NCBI GenBank assembly: GCA_951406725.2
Contig: OX597816.1
Coordinates: 55,118,001 to 55,182,000 of the forward strand
Reading direction: 5' to 3'
Length of the DNA: 64,000 nt
From: Octopus vulgaris
Taxonomy: Eukaryota
Part shown: piece after piece, positions 12,463 to 26,772 of the stretch
Layout: every line of letters begins with the position of its first letter
Numbering within the stretch: the first letter of the stretch is position 1
Made by a program: the position numbers and the translations under genes
The notes under the pieces: model-generated
What the model was told of the DNA's origin: nothing
The model's database searches: none
Seen by the model: only the letters and a program-made list of their open reading frames with translations

Positions 12463-13272
12463 GATGGACAGATATTATCAAGAGGAAAATTGTATTATGA
12501 CAATTGTTGATACCACGCTTAGCAAGATTATATAGAACATTAGAGCAGCGTATATAGCTTGGTTCACCGTCAGTTACAACGATGAGCCTTCCGATTGATA
12601 CAACCAACAAAACAGCCTAATCTGAATTTAGCGTAAAAGTTTGCTGAGTACACCTTAGACACGTGGACACTTAACGCAGTTCTTAAGGAAATTCAGCGTG
12701 ACACAAGGCTGAGCTTTTTGGATTACAGATACAACACATTCTTACCAGCTGATTGGAGTAACGTGAAAAGACGAGACTGGAGGGTATGTCAGCCGAAACA
12801 TTGTGTTAACAAGAAACAAGAGGAGAACAAATATCTATCAAATGTAAATAGTGTAAATAATGTAAATAATGTATTTCAGATTTGTCGACAGAAGAATATA
12901 TTCCTAGTTGAGAATTTTAAATTGGACCCAGCTTTTATATAACAGACAACAGCCAACAATCCATCATACTTATACTCACTACAGTAATTCGATTTTATCC
13001 AAATCTTTTGAAATGCATGGTGACTGTACGAATGAAGACGCAGTTCGGAATGTAATTAACTCAAATTATTTGAATGGGCACATTTCCAACATAATGTTGT
13101 ATTGAGCACTAATATTTTCCTTATAATTTCATACTTCCCTAACTCCATCGTTCCCTCCTTCCCTCCTTATCTACCTACCTACATACCTACCTATATACAT
13201 ATATACATAAATACATATATACACACACACACGCATATATATATATACGTATATGTGTTTATACATGTATAC

Positions 13273-13319
<47 letters not shown>

Positions 13320-13378
13320 TATATATACGGAAAAAAAGTCAGGTAGAAAATGCTAAGTAATTTTATAAAAAAACATTT

Positions 13379-13414
13379 CAGTACTGGTTTCAGTCATTGA
13401 GACTTCTTCAACTG
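13379..13414 (-). ncRNA. Degenerate minimal hammerhead-like motif in a second Penelope-like family
   Basis: Minus strand cag-TTGAAGA-agtc(tcaat)gact-GAAA-ccag-TA-ctg; stems I and II pair. Confidence 0.45.
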
Positions 13415-13735
13415 TAAGTATGGAAAGAAATTAAATTTTGGTAAAATTAAATGAAAAGTTACGGAGATGTACTCGCATAGCAAGTGATTTGATCTGAGAT
13501 TGCGTGCTGGAACGAAAACAATTGCAGCGTGGAAAGTGTTTTAAAAGAATATGTGCGCAGTATTCAAATACAAGGGGCATTTTCCTTATTCCTGCCTGTC
13601 TCTGTCTCTCTTATTTACTCTTGTGGGTTCGAGGTCGTTGTGCGTATATACGTACATACATATATGAACTATTTGTATACGTGCATACATACATATATGA
13701 ATTATTTATCAACGAAAAACTCGTCTGAAACAGCT

Positions 13736-14050
13736 GTAGTCAATGTTTAACCCATTTTTCTGCGCGTCCGCACGAGCGTGTGTGTGTTTATACAGGCGTA
13801 CCTATGCGTGGATATATCAGAGTTGTGGTTTTTATACTTCTCTGATAAGTCGAGCAACGAAAAAAAAAAAAAAAAAAGTAAACAAAATCTTACCTTCTCT
13901 AATTTACTCCAATTTCTCAATAAATTTTCTGTATCCCCGCGTTTCTCAGACTTTTAACAACGGTTCGTCGATATTTCAGTCTGGTTTGTTGATGTTGTTG
14001 TTATTGTTGTTCTGTAGTGAAGGTCATGGATAGATTAGCTTTACTGTGAC
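13736..14050 (+). repeat. Unique segment duplicated in inverted orientation at 16066-16367
   Basis: Near-identical reverse-complement match, read directly. Confidence 0.93.
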
Positions 14051-15389
14051 ATTCTTAAATGATGTTTTTTAACAGTGTTCTGCAGTAAATGACTGTTGTA
14101 ATGACAAGTCTGCTGGTTTTTGTTAGTGTTGAGGTTGTGGTCGGTGGTGGTGGTGTTGATGATGGAGATGGCGTTGTTAATGGTAGCGGTGGTGACGTTG
14201 GTGGTGCTCCTGGTGGGAAGATGGAGTCGGTGAGGGAGAGATTCTTTCAGTATTGTTAGTGTTATTGTTACTGGTGCCGCGCGTATTGTCATTGGTTCTG
14301 CTATTGCTATTGTTGTTGTTGTTGTTGTTGTTGCTGTTGTGGTGGTGGTGGTGGTGGTAGTGTTTGTTGCTAAGCTCTGTTGTTTCGTCCAGTCGTTGGT
14401 GTTAATGAACGAATCGGGTCGCTTTTTTTTAACGATGAAGTGGTTGTTGTTGTTGTTGTTGTTGTTGTTGTTGATGATGGTGATGATGATGATGGTGATG
14501 ATGATGGTAATGATGATGGTAATGATGATGACTTCAGTGGTGGTGGTAGTCGGTGTTTCTACCGTAAATGACTGTGATAATTGTATGAAGTGTTGAACAT
14601 CCCGTTGTTGTTCTTGTTATAGTTGTTCCTACACTTATTGTTCATGTCGTGCTGCTGCTGCTACTGCTGCTGCTGCTGTCACAGCTACTACGGCTGCAAG
14701 TGTTGTTGTTGTTGTCGTTGTTGTTGTTGTCGTTGCTGCCGGCAGACTAACAGGAATTAACTAAAGCTGTCAACCTACGGAGGGGAAATGGGCGGTGGGG
14801 AGGGGGACATAGACCGAAAGAGAAAGAGAGAGAAAGAAAGAGAGAATGAGGACAAAATAGCGAGAGTAGGAGAGAAAGACAAGGTTATAAGAGGGGGGAA
14901 AGAGGGAGGGAGGGGACGAGAGTGGGCGAAGGTTAGTTAATTAATCACAATCCTAATGAGTTAAAATAGTCTTCAGTTTAGTGCATCCTATTCTATTGTC
15001 ACGTGCCTGGGATGTAGTGTAGGGGGTGATGACGGTTGGGGTGGGGAGTCTCTAAGTGGTCGCTTGACATGCTAGAAATAGCAGTGATATCGCTTTAAAA
15101 TCACACCTTAACTTAAACAAATGATAGACATATTGGACAACGTAATTCTCGATATGCTATGGCAGAAGATATTATGGAATGATCATGGTTGGAGCACCGT
15201 TGATCATAACTTATCTTGATCTGGTGATAAGTGGGTTATGTGCATGATCAACTCGGGAACCTCTAATAGAGAAACCCTGGAATTGTGAATCAGTTTGCTA
15301 TGAGTTTTTCTTGAAAGAACCCCAGCATTTTACGATTTTTATGTAAATCTGTTGGTTACAGATCGAAGTTAAATTGCAGTTCTATATTT

Positions 15390-15720
15390 AAAAGATGAGG
15401 AATTATGTACATTATTTACATTATTTCCATTCGACGGATATTTGTCCTCATCTTTTTTGTTTTTAACACGTTTCTGCTGATATACCCTTCAGCCTTCTTC
15501 AAGTGTCTTGGGGAAAATTTCGAACCTAATACTAACAATAAAAACATCGAAAAATACCTTATGAATGAGAACCCAGGTTCAAAATTTCCCCAAGACATCT
15601 GAAGAAGGCTGGAGGGTATATCAGCCGAAGCGTTGTGCTAACAACAAACAAGATGAGGAGAAATATCCGTCGAATATAAATAATGTAAATAATGTAAATA
15701 ATGTAAATAATGTAAATAAT
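15390..15720. mobile_element. Inverted pair of Penelope-like terminal fragments, each with a hammerhead-like motif
   Basis: 15405-15530 is the reverse complement of ~15575-15700; motif CTGAAGA-a-ggctg..cagcc-GAAG-cgtt at 15599-15634; truncated relative at ~12775-12870. Confidence 0.65.
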
Positions 15721-15924
15721 GAAGTTAAATTGGTTTTGACGACGTCGAGCGCTCGAGTCAATTCAATTAACGGAACAGCCGGCTCTTGAAATTAGCGTGC
15801 AAGTAGCTGAGTACTCCTCAGACACGCATACCTTTAGGGAGATTCAGCATGATACAAAGTGTGACAAGGCTAACCATTTGGATTGTGGGTACTACTCCTT
15901 TTTGTCAGCTGAGTGGACTGGAGT

Positions 15925-16528
15925 AACATGCTCAAGAGCACAACGGCTGCCGGAAAATCAAACTCGCAAACTTTTACGCGTTTTTACATATTTCAGTTAA
16001 TCCATTATAATAGTGACAAGTGAGAATCTATCTCCTGGATATAAAAGCTGGAAGTTTATTATTTAGTCACAGTAAAGCTAATCTATCCATGACCTTCACT
16101 ACAGAACAACAATAACAACAACAACATCAACAAACCAGACTGAAATATCGACGAACAGTTGTTAAAAGTCTGAGAAACGCGGGGATGCAGAAAATTTATT
16201 GAGAAATTGGAGTAAATTAGAGAAGGTAAGATTTTGTTTACTTCGTTGCTCGACTTCTCAGAGAAGTATAAAAACCACAACTCTGATATATCCACGCATA
16301 GGTACGCCTGTATAAACGCACACACGCTCGCTCGCACGCGCAGAAAAATGGGTTAAACATTGACTACGTTGTGTTAAAAAAAATAAACATGCTCAAGAGC
16401 ACAACGGCTGCCGGAAAATCGAACTCGCAAACTTTTACGCGTTTTTACATATTTCAGTTAATCCATTATAATAGTGACAAGTGAGGATCTATCTCCTGGA
16501 TATAAAAGCTGGAAGTTTATTATTTAGT
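15925..16528. repeat. 143-bp direct duplication (15925-16067, 16386-16528) flanking an inverted 302-bp insert
   Basis: Direct reading. Confidence 0.92.
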
Positions 16529-17020
16529 TCTCCCGGAGACTTCCTCTGATCTCTGCCGTAGGGATGAATTCTTCTCCTTGTTCCATACAACAATCCTTGC
16601 CTTATTTACCCTACCCAAGGCTGCTATGTTCATTAGAATGTTCCACAAATATTTCTTATTTTCAAAGATGTGGATAAATTCTGGTAATTGTGTGCATTGG
16701 AAATGACTGTTGGAGAAATACTTCATGCAGATGGCACCGTACATAACTTTAGCAATCTGGCATGGGGATCTGGTGCCTCACTGACATTTCTGGATAGCTG
16801 CTGGTCATGTGACTCATTTTCTACGCTTGTATGACACAATGACATTTTCCTCCTCATCCTGGAGGTTCCTTGTATATTTATTTATTTCTGCACCATAGAC
16901 TTCCAGCCGTTTCTCATGTGTATTTTAGGTGCTTTCATAGTTCCGTTTACTCAATCAGTCGATTGATAGATTGAAGTGAAAAAGCTTAGCAAATATTATC
17001 GCCTATCCGTGCAGCAAGTC

Positions 17021-17151
17021 CGTGTACTTTGTTTCATAATCCTTTATTAATAACTCCTCCCCCCTCTCTCTCTCTCACTTTGTATATATCGTGTACTTTG
17101 TTTCATAATCCTTTATTAATAACTCCTCCCCCCTCTCTCTCTCTCACTTTG

Positions 17152-17160
<9 letters not shown>
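17021..17160. repeat. ~69-bp tandem duplication
   Basis: cgtgtactttgtttcataatcc...ctcactttgtatatat twice. Confidence 0.9.
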
Positions 17161-17183
<23 letters not shown>

Positions 17184-17624
17184 CAACTTATATAATATAT
17201 GTATATTGTATATATATATATATATATATACAGCCGGCCGCCAACACTTTTCTGTAAAATAGGGGTAGCTTATCCTGTTCAGGCTATATTATTAGCATTA
17301 TCCTGCGTTTGAGAATTTAAAATCCCCTCTTTAACTTTCTAAGACATCTCAACGCTTCTAAAGCAAACTTTGTTTCTTTGTTTACGTTAATCGTAATTTG
17401 AATTCAATATATATATATATATATAGGAAATCCCAAAAGAGGAGAAGAAAAACAAAAAAAAAAACAACAACCTTAGGACGTGGTACATGTAAAGTATTAG
17501 CAGACGCTCAGGGACGAAAAGACAGATGGTTTAACGTTTCGAACAACGCACTACTTCATAGGAAAGTCCATTCGAAAGGCAGAAAATCGCCAACGTTTCA
17601 CATGTGGTTACATTTTGAAATCTG

Positions 17625-17846
17625 ATTCAGTCATTTGACTGCGGCCATACTGGAGCACCGCTTTTAGTCGAGCAAATAGACCCCAGGAATTATTCTCTCT
17701 TGCCGAACCGCTAAGTGACGGGGACGTAAACACACCAGCATCGGTTGTCAAGCTATGTTGGGGGGGGGGGGGCAAACACAGATACACAAACATATACACA
17801 CACACACACACACATATATACGATGGGATTCTTTCAGTTTCCGTCT

Positions 17847-17890
<44 letters not shown>

Positions 17891-18053
17891 GACGGGTTTC
17901 TTTCAACTTCCGTCTACCAAATCCACTTACAAGGCTTTGGTCGGCCCGAGGCTATAATAAAAGACACTTGCTCAAGGTGCCACGCAGTGGGATTGAACCC
18001 GGAACCATGTGGTTGGTAAGCAATCTACTTACCACACAGCCACTCCTGCGCCT
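17625..18053 (-). mobile_element. SINE family B with small internal duplication around (TA)n
   Basis: Homology to 2911-3342. Confidence 0.83.
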
Positions 18054-18657
18054 ATATATATATAATATGATATAATATTATATAGATATAGGAAATACTT
18101 TTGGTGTAGCATTGTGTGGTATAACGTATAACTTTGAAGAGCTTTGTTATGTAAGGCTGGAACAATGCAAGAATGTATTACGTTAACACAAAAGGAAAGG
18201 GAAACATAACAAATCCTTGTTGCAGTTTTACTTTGTGTTGCTATATTTCGGGTTGTGACCCATTTCTTTCGGACACTTGCAAAAGTGGTCGCTCGGATGT
18301 GTGTGTGTAAGTGTGTGTGTATGTTTGTGGCGCAGACTGGTAGGTATATACGATGTACGTTTATTCCCGCATATATAGGCGCGTGAGTGAATGGAAACAT
18401 ATTCACATACATTCATTTTTTAAGTAAAAAGAATGATAAAAATTTGTTTAAAAAGATCCTCTTCGCCGGAACCGGTAGTGCATCAGCGATGACTTTTTTT
18501 TTGGGGGGGGGGTCATAATTTGTGAAAAGAAGGGAGGATATTCTTCTCTGAGGAGACACCTGACCTGGATGTCTGCAACACAAAAGGCCAGGAGGCTGTG
18601 GTATTGGCGATGGTGGTGATGGTCTACTAACCATCCATTAATATTATATTATAAATA

Positions 18658-20395
18658 TTAGGTTGTTTCACATGAAATGTCGTATCTGAAAGGTAACAAT
18701 AAAATGTTTCAGAAGTGTTAGAGAACTGATTTATCTAGTCAAAATATGATTTATGTTCTCTATGACGTTTACCCAACGTTTTGTCTATGTCATATATTCC
18801 ATCTTAAAAAAGAATTCGTCTGTTGCTATGATAAACCGTCCGAATGCATCAGTTATCTCTTCTCTATTTACGAATGTTTGATTGTGAGGTATATTTGCCA
18901 TCTCAATATGGCTAACCACTAAGGGTGGGTGTTACTGTAGCTTGTAGTCCCAGGAGAACATCTCTTCCAGCTGGCTATAGGCACACTTTCTGTGCCCTAT
19001 CGGTATTTGAGAAGGGAGGTCATCTTTCCCTCGTCAACCTAAGTGATACGCACGGACTGCAGTTTCTGGGTATTGACCCGTCATCAGCGTACGACAATCA
19101 CCGGTTTTCGATGAAAGGAGTTCCCAATGCAAATATTTATATCCTTTTTCCAGTAACTTTTCGTCACTGATCTTGAAAAAGTGTATACAAGCAATAATAA
19201 ATCTCTGAACGAGTCCGTGCGTATCACTTAGGTTGACGAGGGAAGGATGACCTCCCTTTGCAAATACCGATAAGGCACAGAAAGTTTGCCTATAGCCAGC
19301 TGGAGGAGATGTTCTCCTGAGGCTTCAAGCTACAGTAACACCCACCCTTAGTGGTTAGCCATATTGAGATGGCAAATATACCTCATATTGTCGTGCAGTT
19401 ACTGTTTATACCTCGTTCAGAGATTTATTATTGAAGGTTTTATTGTTTATGAAAAGGTACAAATGCTTAAAGAAGTAATGATCAATAGGAGAGATGACAG
19501 GGGGAATATGAAGGATGTTGCAAAATCTCATAATTCAGGCTTTGCAACTTTTGGACTGTAGCTTGAGGAGTGTGAGGACATGCATTGTTGTGGAGCAAAA
19601 CTGGGCCATCTCTATTCACTGGTCTGGGTTGCTTCTTTTTCAAATTCTCTTGCATACAATCAGTTTCCTGGCAATACGATGTGGCTGTTACCATTTTTCC
19701 TTGTTGCAAAAATAAATAGCGAATAACTCCCTTTGCAGACCCCTAAACAGTGGCCACTAACATTTTAGGGTGCAATGGTGGGTTTGGGTGACTCTCCTGC
19801 ATCTAACCACTGTCCTGTTCTCCCGCTGTTGTCAAAGAGTATCCATTTTTTATCACAAGTAATCATTTAATGTAAAAATAGTCTTTTTCCAGTCGAGAAA
19901 GCAATAAGGATCACACTTCGAGGCGTTTGTTTTTTTTTTTTGTTAATTCTTTCAGTTGATGTGGAGCAAACCTATCCGTTTTCTTGACTTTTCCAGTTTC
20001 TTACAGGTGTCCAAAAACAGTTGTGTGCGATGTTTGGAATTCTTATGAAAGTTTTCGAAACTTTGTTCTCGGATTTTGTTCACCCAAAACATTTAATCCA
20101 TCATGCCGAATAACTGGTGTTGGCCTACCCCTTGATTTATTTTCAAGGCTGAACCATCTCTGAACATTTCTGATGTCAACAAAACCATTAGCCGAGTGAC
20201 CCAGTTTGTACCCATGCGAGAAAATCACACAACATAGTTTGGTTGTTATCATTTTCATAAGGTCTGTGCGTATGAATTTTGTATTCCATATTTTGGGGAA
20301 AGAAAAAGCGTGAAAATTAAATGCAAGGTATACATAATAGAGTTTTTAAATTACTCGAATAACAAGTTATTAAAAATGCGACATTTCATGTGAAA
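18658..20395 (-). mobile_element. Decayed mariner transposon interrupted by a MITE
   Basis: TIR remnants tttcacatgaaatgtcg / cgacatttcatgtgaaa; transposase fragments WF..LENKSRGRP, LLHNNACPH, YEILQHPSYSP; length minus the insert is ~1.24 kb. Confidence 0.8.
18885..19385. mobile_element. MITE with ~174-bp TIRs nested in the mariner
   Basis: 18885-19058 is the reverse complement of 19212-19385; candidate imperfect TSD gattg/tattg. Confidence 0.88.
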
Positions 20396-20688
20396 TATAT
20401 GAGCAGATGTCTGTCATACAGCAACAAAGAGACACAGTGTAGGTAGAGGGTTAACAAACTAAACATCATAGCAGAGAAGGTGCGAGGGTGCAATAATGGG
20501 GTGTGAAGTAGACGAGGGTGGGGTGTGACACAGTAGCTGTGAAAGGAAGACAGCTATAACGAATTAGTAATTATGTTGTCATATTTTTTTCACCCTTAAA
20601 GAATGCAGTTTCTGTTCAGCACTGTTCTGCCTGAAGCGACCTGAGCCATGTGTTTCTGTGTGTGTGTGGGTGTGTGTGAGAGAGAGAA

Positions 20689-20743
<55 letters not shown>

Positions 20744-21194
20744 GAGAAAGAGAAAGAGAGAGAGAGAGAAAGAGAGAGTGTGTGTGTGTGTGCATGTGTA
20801 CAACAAATACATAAGCGTTGTGTATATATACTTATAAGGTGCATATATAAGTGTTGTGTATAAATATATCATACCGAGGCTATTGCCGCTTGTGTTTTTG
20901 TTATTGTTGTTGTTGTTGCTGGTGGTGGTGGTGTTTGCTGTGATAGTGTGGTGGTCGTTGCAGTTGTGAACCGGTTATGCTGTTAGTAGTGTAATAGTAG
21001 AGTGGTAATGTTGTTGAGGTTGCTAGTGTTGCGCTTTCATGTGGGTAATGCTATTTTCGTAGAGGGGTCGTCAATGGTATATTCGTCGTAACCATGGTTC
21101 TGTTGCTAGCATCGTGGAAGAGCGTGGTTGGGTGGGGGACGTGTTTGATAGTTATGCTGATAGTGGTGTTGGTGATGCTGCTGCTGCTGTTGCT

Positions 21195-21568
21195 GTTGAG
21201 CGAAGCGGTCTTCGTCCCAAAGCTCGCAGTGGGAGAAGTCCGAATCAAATCATGGTCCTTTACTATTCGTAAGACCCGCAGAAGAGAAAGCAGGTCAACC
21301 CCCGACACTGACAGCATCGACGGATGGATGAATGCGCATCCAGGCTCAGCGGTTGCGTAGGAAGTCAAGGACAAGAAACAGGAAGAAAGAGTGCGAGAAA
21401 GTTGGAGCGAAAGAGTACAACAGGGGTCGCCACCACCCCCTGCCGGAGCCTCGTGGAGCTTTAGGTGTTTTCGCTCAATAAACACACACAACGCCCGGTC
21501 TGGGAATCGAAACCGCGATCCTCCGACCGCGAGTCGGCTGCCCTAACCACTGGGCCATTGCGCCTCCT
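21195..21568 (-). mobile_element. tRNA-derived SINE, family D (head ggaggcgcaatggcccagtggttagggc)
   Basis: A-box tggcccagtgg, B-box ggtttcgattccc; head and body shared with 62525-62800. Confidence 0.8.
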
Positions 21569-21643
21569 GCTGCTGCTGTCGATGAAGAGGGTGTAGTGTT
21601 GTTGTGGCTTTTGTTGGCGATAGGGTTGTTGGGTTAATGTTGA

Positions 21644-21699
<56 letters not shown>

Positions 21700-21701
<2 letters not shown>

Positions 21702-22092
21702 ACAAGGAGTGGCTGTGTAGTAATTTGCTTGCCAATCACATGGTTCCGGATTCAGTCCCACTGCATGGCACTTTGGGCAAGTGTCTTCTACCATAGCCTC
21801 GGGCCGACCAAACCTTGTGAGTGGATTTGGTACACGGAAATTGAAAGAAGCCCGTCGTATGCATATGTATGTGTGTCTGTGTTTCTCCCGCCCCCACCCA
21901 GTATTTTCTTGTCAACCATGCTGGTGGGTTTGCATCCCCGTACATTAGCTGTTCGGCAAAAGAGACCGATAGAATAAGTACTAGGCTTATAAAGAATAAG
22001 TGCCGAGGTCGATTTGTTCAACTTACGGCGATGCTCCAGCATAGCCGCAGTCAAATGACTGAAACAAGTAAAAGAATTAAAGAATTAAAGAA
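21700..22092 (+). mobile_element. SINE family B, near full length
   Basis: Homology to 2911-3342. Confidence 0.83.
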
Positions 22093-23590
22093 TAAACTAA
22101 AGAGAACAAAGAACAGTCGAAATCTTCGATTTTGAAATGTGTGCCAGGGCCATGGGCTCACATTCGTTTAGATTGTTGATGTTTATTAGCACACGGACAC
22201 AGACACACACATACACGCCCGCACGCGTGTAGCATTATAATTTCCCAGCTAAAAGTAATAGAGACACTCTCCTTTAAACTTTGTTTTCTAGTTCTTCTAT
22301 TGCTATAGACAGTCTTGTGTGCATTGAGTGTGTATGTGCGTGTATGTCTCTGTGTGTGCATGTATGTGTGTGTGCGTATGCTGGGTAAGCCTTATTTCGA
22401 AGGGATTATATGCTAATCCGATGTAAGATCTACATAAGGTGTCAGCTTTGGCAGTGACACAGCAAAAGAAACTCTTTATAAATTCATTTAACGGTGACAC
22501 AAAAGTTTGTTAAAGAGAATACAATTGTATGTTGCTGTAATAATGTCGTGCGAATTTAGCCGTCATAAGAGATTTTCTAAATTTTCTTTTGTTAAAATTT
22601 TGCAATGTTTCTTTTGTCAGAGAAATGTAATATAAGTCTGAAGTCTTTTTTTTTTCCTACTGATTCAGAAATTCTTCATTACAAATGTCTAGTATTAAAT
22701 TACCGCTGGCAATGAAGTGATTTTTGTCTGAGAATCGACTTCGTATGAAGTCACTTTTATAAATATCAACACTGAAAGTTTCCAAAGCAACAACAAAGCA
22801 AATCGCATCTTCCAAATCGAATCGATTTGTTGCACCGATTTTCACAATATTCCAACGAATAACGATTTGTTTCTTCAAGAAGGAGCATATTCACAATGTA
22901 TATGTGTGTGTGTGTTATATACATACAGACATGCCTGGAGTGTAACCACGCTCTTACATAAGCGCACATGTGTACAAAAGGGACCATGTACACACAACCA
23001 ATAAATGAGTACAAGTTTATATAAATATCCATACATAAACCCATCTAACCCACATATTCGCGAATCCTTGAAAGTGATCTGACTTGAATAAAGAAAAAAA
23101 GTTTTGAATTTCCGAAGACCACCATATAAATCTGAAAGAAAATATAGGCATCTACGAAATAAGAACATAATGATTGATTCATTTTGTCAAACGACCGGCG
23201 CCTCGTTATTCGTTGTTCATAATAAGCTCACCCACTTCTCTACAGATTTATGGCTTTGAAGTTTCAACTGGCGAAATCTGCAGCAAGTTAGCACAGAAGA
23301 AAAAATGAAGTAACATGATTAGACCTATGTATATGATTGAATTATAATGACAGATGTCTGTACGATATGTAGGCCATCCTCTACAGACGCCTTCTGAAAT
23401 AATACATCATATTTGTCCTGCAGTTTAAATGGTTTCTGATCACCTTACTCTTGCATACCAGCTTTTATATTAGGCAGCTTTAAAATTATGGCTTCTCATG
23501 AAGACCTTTTGCTTTAAACAGTGCCTTCCGCAGCGCATCATCTCTCGAATTTTAAGGATGTCTAAAATTTCCACCCTAATGCGTATATAC

Positions 23591-23663
<73 letters not shown>

Positions 23664-24014
23664 TGTATATATATGTATATAAATATATACATACATACAT
23701 TACATACATACATACATAAATAAATACATACATACATACATACATACATACATACATACATACATACATACATACATACATACATGCATGCATACAAAAG
23801 ATAAGGAGTGGAACACGCAAAGCACGGACTGTTTCGTTGCAGGCTGAAGTCTGTTACATAAGCTGTAACAAACTCAAACCAACCTAGCAAATCATTAGGT
23901 CACTATTGCACTCCTTATCTTTTGGGTTTTTATTCGCATTCTGACCGATCTTCAGTTGTATCGCGGCTGTTCAGCTTACCGACACTCATTTTAACTTCCA
24001 TATGGGAAGAGGTA

Positions 24015-24146
24015 GTAGGAAGTTAGTGCGCTTCATGATTTTGTACAGATGACAAAAAGCGGACAATATATAAGAAAATATATCTTCTCGTATATTTTCC
24101 GCTTTTTGTTATCTGTACAAGAGCTTGAAGCTCGCTAACTTCCTAC
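24015..24146. repeat. ~130-bp imperfect palindrome (MITE-like hairpin)
   Basis: gtaggaagttagtgcgcttca..ttgtacagatgacaaaaagcgga pairs with tccgctttttgttatctgtacaa..tgaagctcgctaacttcctac. Confidence 0.85.
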
Positions 24147-25094
24147 ACTTGGATGCTGGGCGACGTATGAGCGTTCAGCTTTTGCCGAACGATCTGCACT
24201 AAGGATTTGTTTATAGCGACAAATCTATGTGCTGTACATTTGCTCTCTCTCTCTCTCTCTTCATCAAATTGACGTTGTCTGAACAGGTGCACGGTGTTGA
24301 AGCGATCGCAGAGCATTGTGAGATGATGTGCTTGGCCCAAGAACATAACGCACCAACCCGTCTAGGGCTGTGTGATAAGAAGCTTGCTTCCCAATCGCAT
24401 GGTTCCGGGTACATACATAATTTCATAAATAAAGGCATATATACATGCACAAATATCGAGACACAAGCACACATGCTGTTATATGTACAAATATGAAGTT
24501 CACAGTAGTCTCAGTTCTGCAATATCTTGTTGAACGACCTACACTCATGATTTGTTTATAGTGAGCTAATAATGTAATTGCTGTGCATTAGCTCATTCTC
24601 TGCATCAAATCGACATTGCATGAATAGGTGCATTGTGTTCCAAACGCCGGGTGTCGAAGTGATCTCAAAACAACGTGAAATGAAGTGCTTTCCTCAACAA
24701 CATAGCACCCCCAGGAACTGAAACCACGATCTCGACATCTTGTGAGCAACACACTTATTACTACGCAATGCACTCTCACTGTAACATGCATACATACATG
24801 CATACATAGATACATAGATACGTAGTGGGAATTTACAAAAAAATAAACAAAGACAGCGATGGGTGCGTAAACAACAAAAAGATGTATTAGCTTAACGCTC
24901 GGGAAGTGAGAAAGTCTTTAACGTTTTGAGCCTACGCTCTTCCACAGAAAGGATCACAGAAATAAACAAGGAGAGAAAATAGAAAAAGGTTTAGTGGCTA
25001 ACGATTTACCATGGCGAAAGTAACATACATGCATACATATATGTATATATATATATATATACATATACATATACATACATGCATGCATACATAC

Positions 25095-25243
<149 letters not shown>

Positions 25244-26568
25244 ATCCAAACAAGAAAGCACGAAAAGCACAACAACACAACGCGAGGACGTGGAACAGAT
25301 ATAGTATTATTGGACGCTCAGGAAAGAAGGAGTTTCTAACGTTTCGAGCGGAGTTCTTCGTCGGAAACATAGGAGAAGGAAAGATCCAGAGAAGGGAAGA
25401 CACACACACACATATATATATATATATATGTATATACATTCATGTATACACATATGTATATATATATGTGTGTGTGTATATATATATATATACATGCCTA
25501 CAATCATCTATTCATAAATATGCTTGTATATCTACAAACACATAGAAACATATCCACATCAGAGACACATACGCACACATACGCACGCACACACACACAC
25601 ACACACACATGCATATTTCCTTCTTTTATGAATTGTCTATTGACAGACACAATAAAGCTACAAAGAGCTTTATTTAATTAGAATTAAACGCGGATTACAG
25701 AGAGTCTGCTAGTTGCTGTCAGCCTTTTCTTAGAGTATCATCTTGTCGCGTCGTGTTATCTCCCCCCGTTGGACAAGACGCTTCAGTTCAGGTGATACAT
25801 AACTTGGTAAGGTGATACGTACCTTGGCAAGGTTATACGTAAAGCATCGTACAAATATAGGAGAAGAATAAACAGTTGAGATAATCATGATTGTTTGCTT
25901 GTACGTATCTAGAGAGCGTCTCTTTGTCATTCCATTCCTCTCTCTCTCTCTTACTCTGTGACTGTGAACCTGTTTACGTATGACTGGTACTGTGTGGAAG
26001 AATATGTGGGTCTTATGCACAGTAATGTATGAAACTTAATACCTACTTCCAATTACATATATCTATTTATATATACGTATAAATATGCGTGTATGTGTAT
26101 ATGCGTATGTGTGTATGTGTGTGTATGTGAGAGAAAGAAAGAGGGAATTGGTGTTTTTTATGGCTATGATATTGTCATAGAAACAACAGTGCATGCACGT
26201 GTGTTTGGCTCTGTGTATAGATGTCTATAAACAATAATAATAACAAGATTGTTAAGAACGACATAAATGAATAAATATATTGACAAACATCCGAATGTCT
26301 ACCAAGCTGTCTGTCTACCTGTCTAGCTACTCTATCTGCATGTCTGTATAGGTATGCATGTGTGTGCGTATGTATGTATGTATGTATGTATGTATGTATG
26401 TATGTATGTATGTATGTATGTATGTATGTATGTATGTATGTATGTATGTATGTATGAATGTATGTATGTATAGGTATGTATGCATTGATGCATGTGTACA
26501 TGTATGCATGTATGAATGTATGTATGTATGTATGTATGTATGTATGCATGTTTGCATGTAAGTATGCA

Positions 26569-26601
<33 letters not shown>

Positions 26602-26684
26602 GTGTGTCTGTCTATGGATGTGTCTACGTGTCACTCTCTACTGATACGCACACTCAGATACATACAAACACACACACACACACA

Positions 26685-26728
<44 letters not shown>

Positions 26729-26772
26729 TAAACACATACACATATTGGGTGAGACATATATACATATATGTA

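Noticed and set aside
21490-21568. Possible tRNA gene
   Set aside because: tRNA-like A/B boxes are the head of a multi-copy SINE continuing into body sequence
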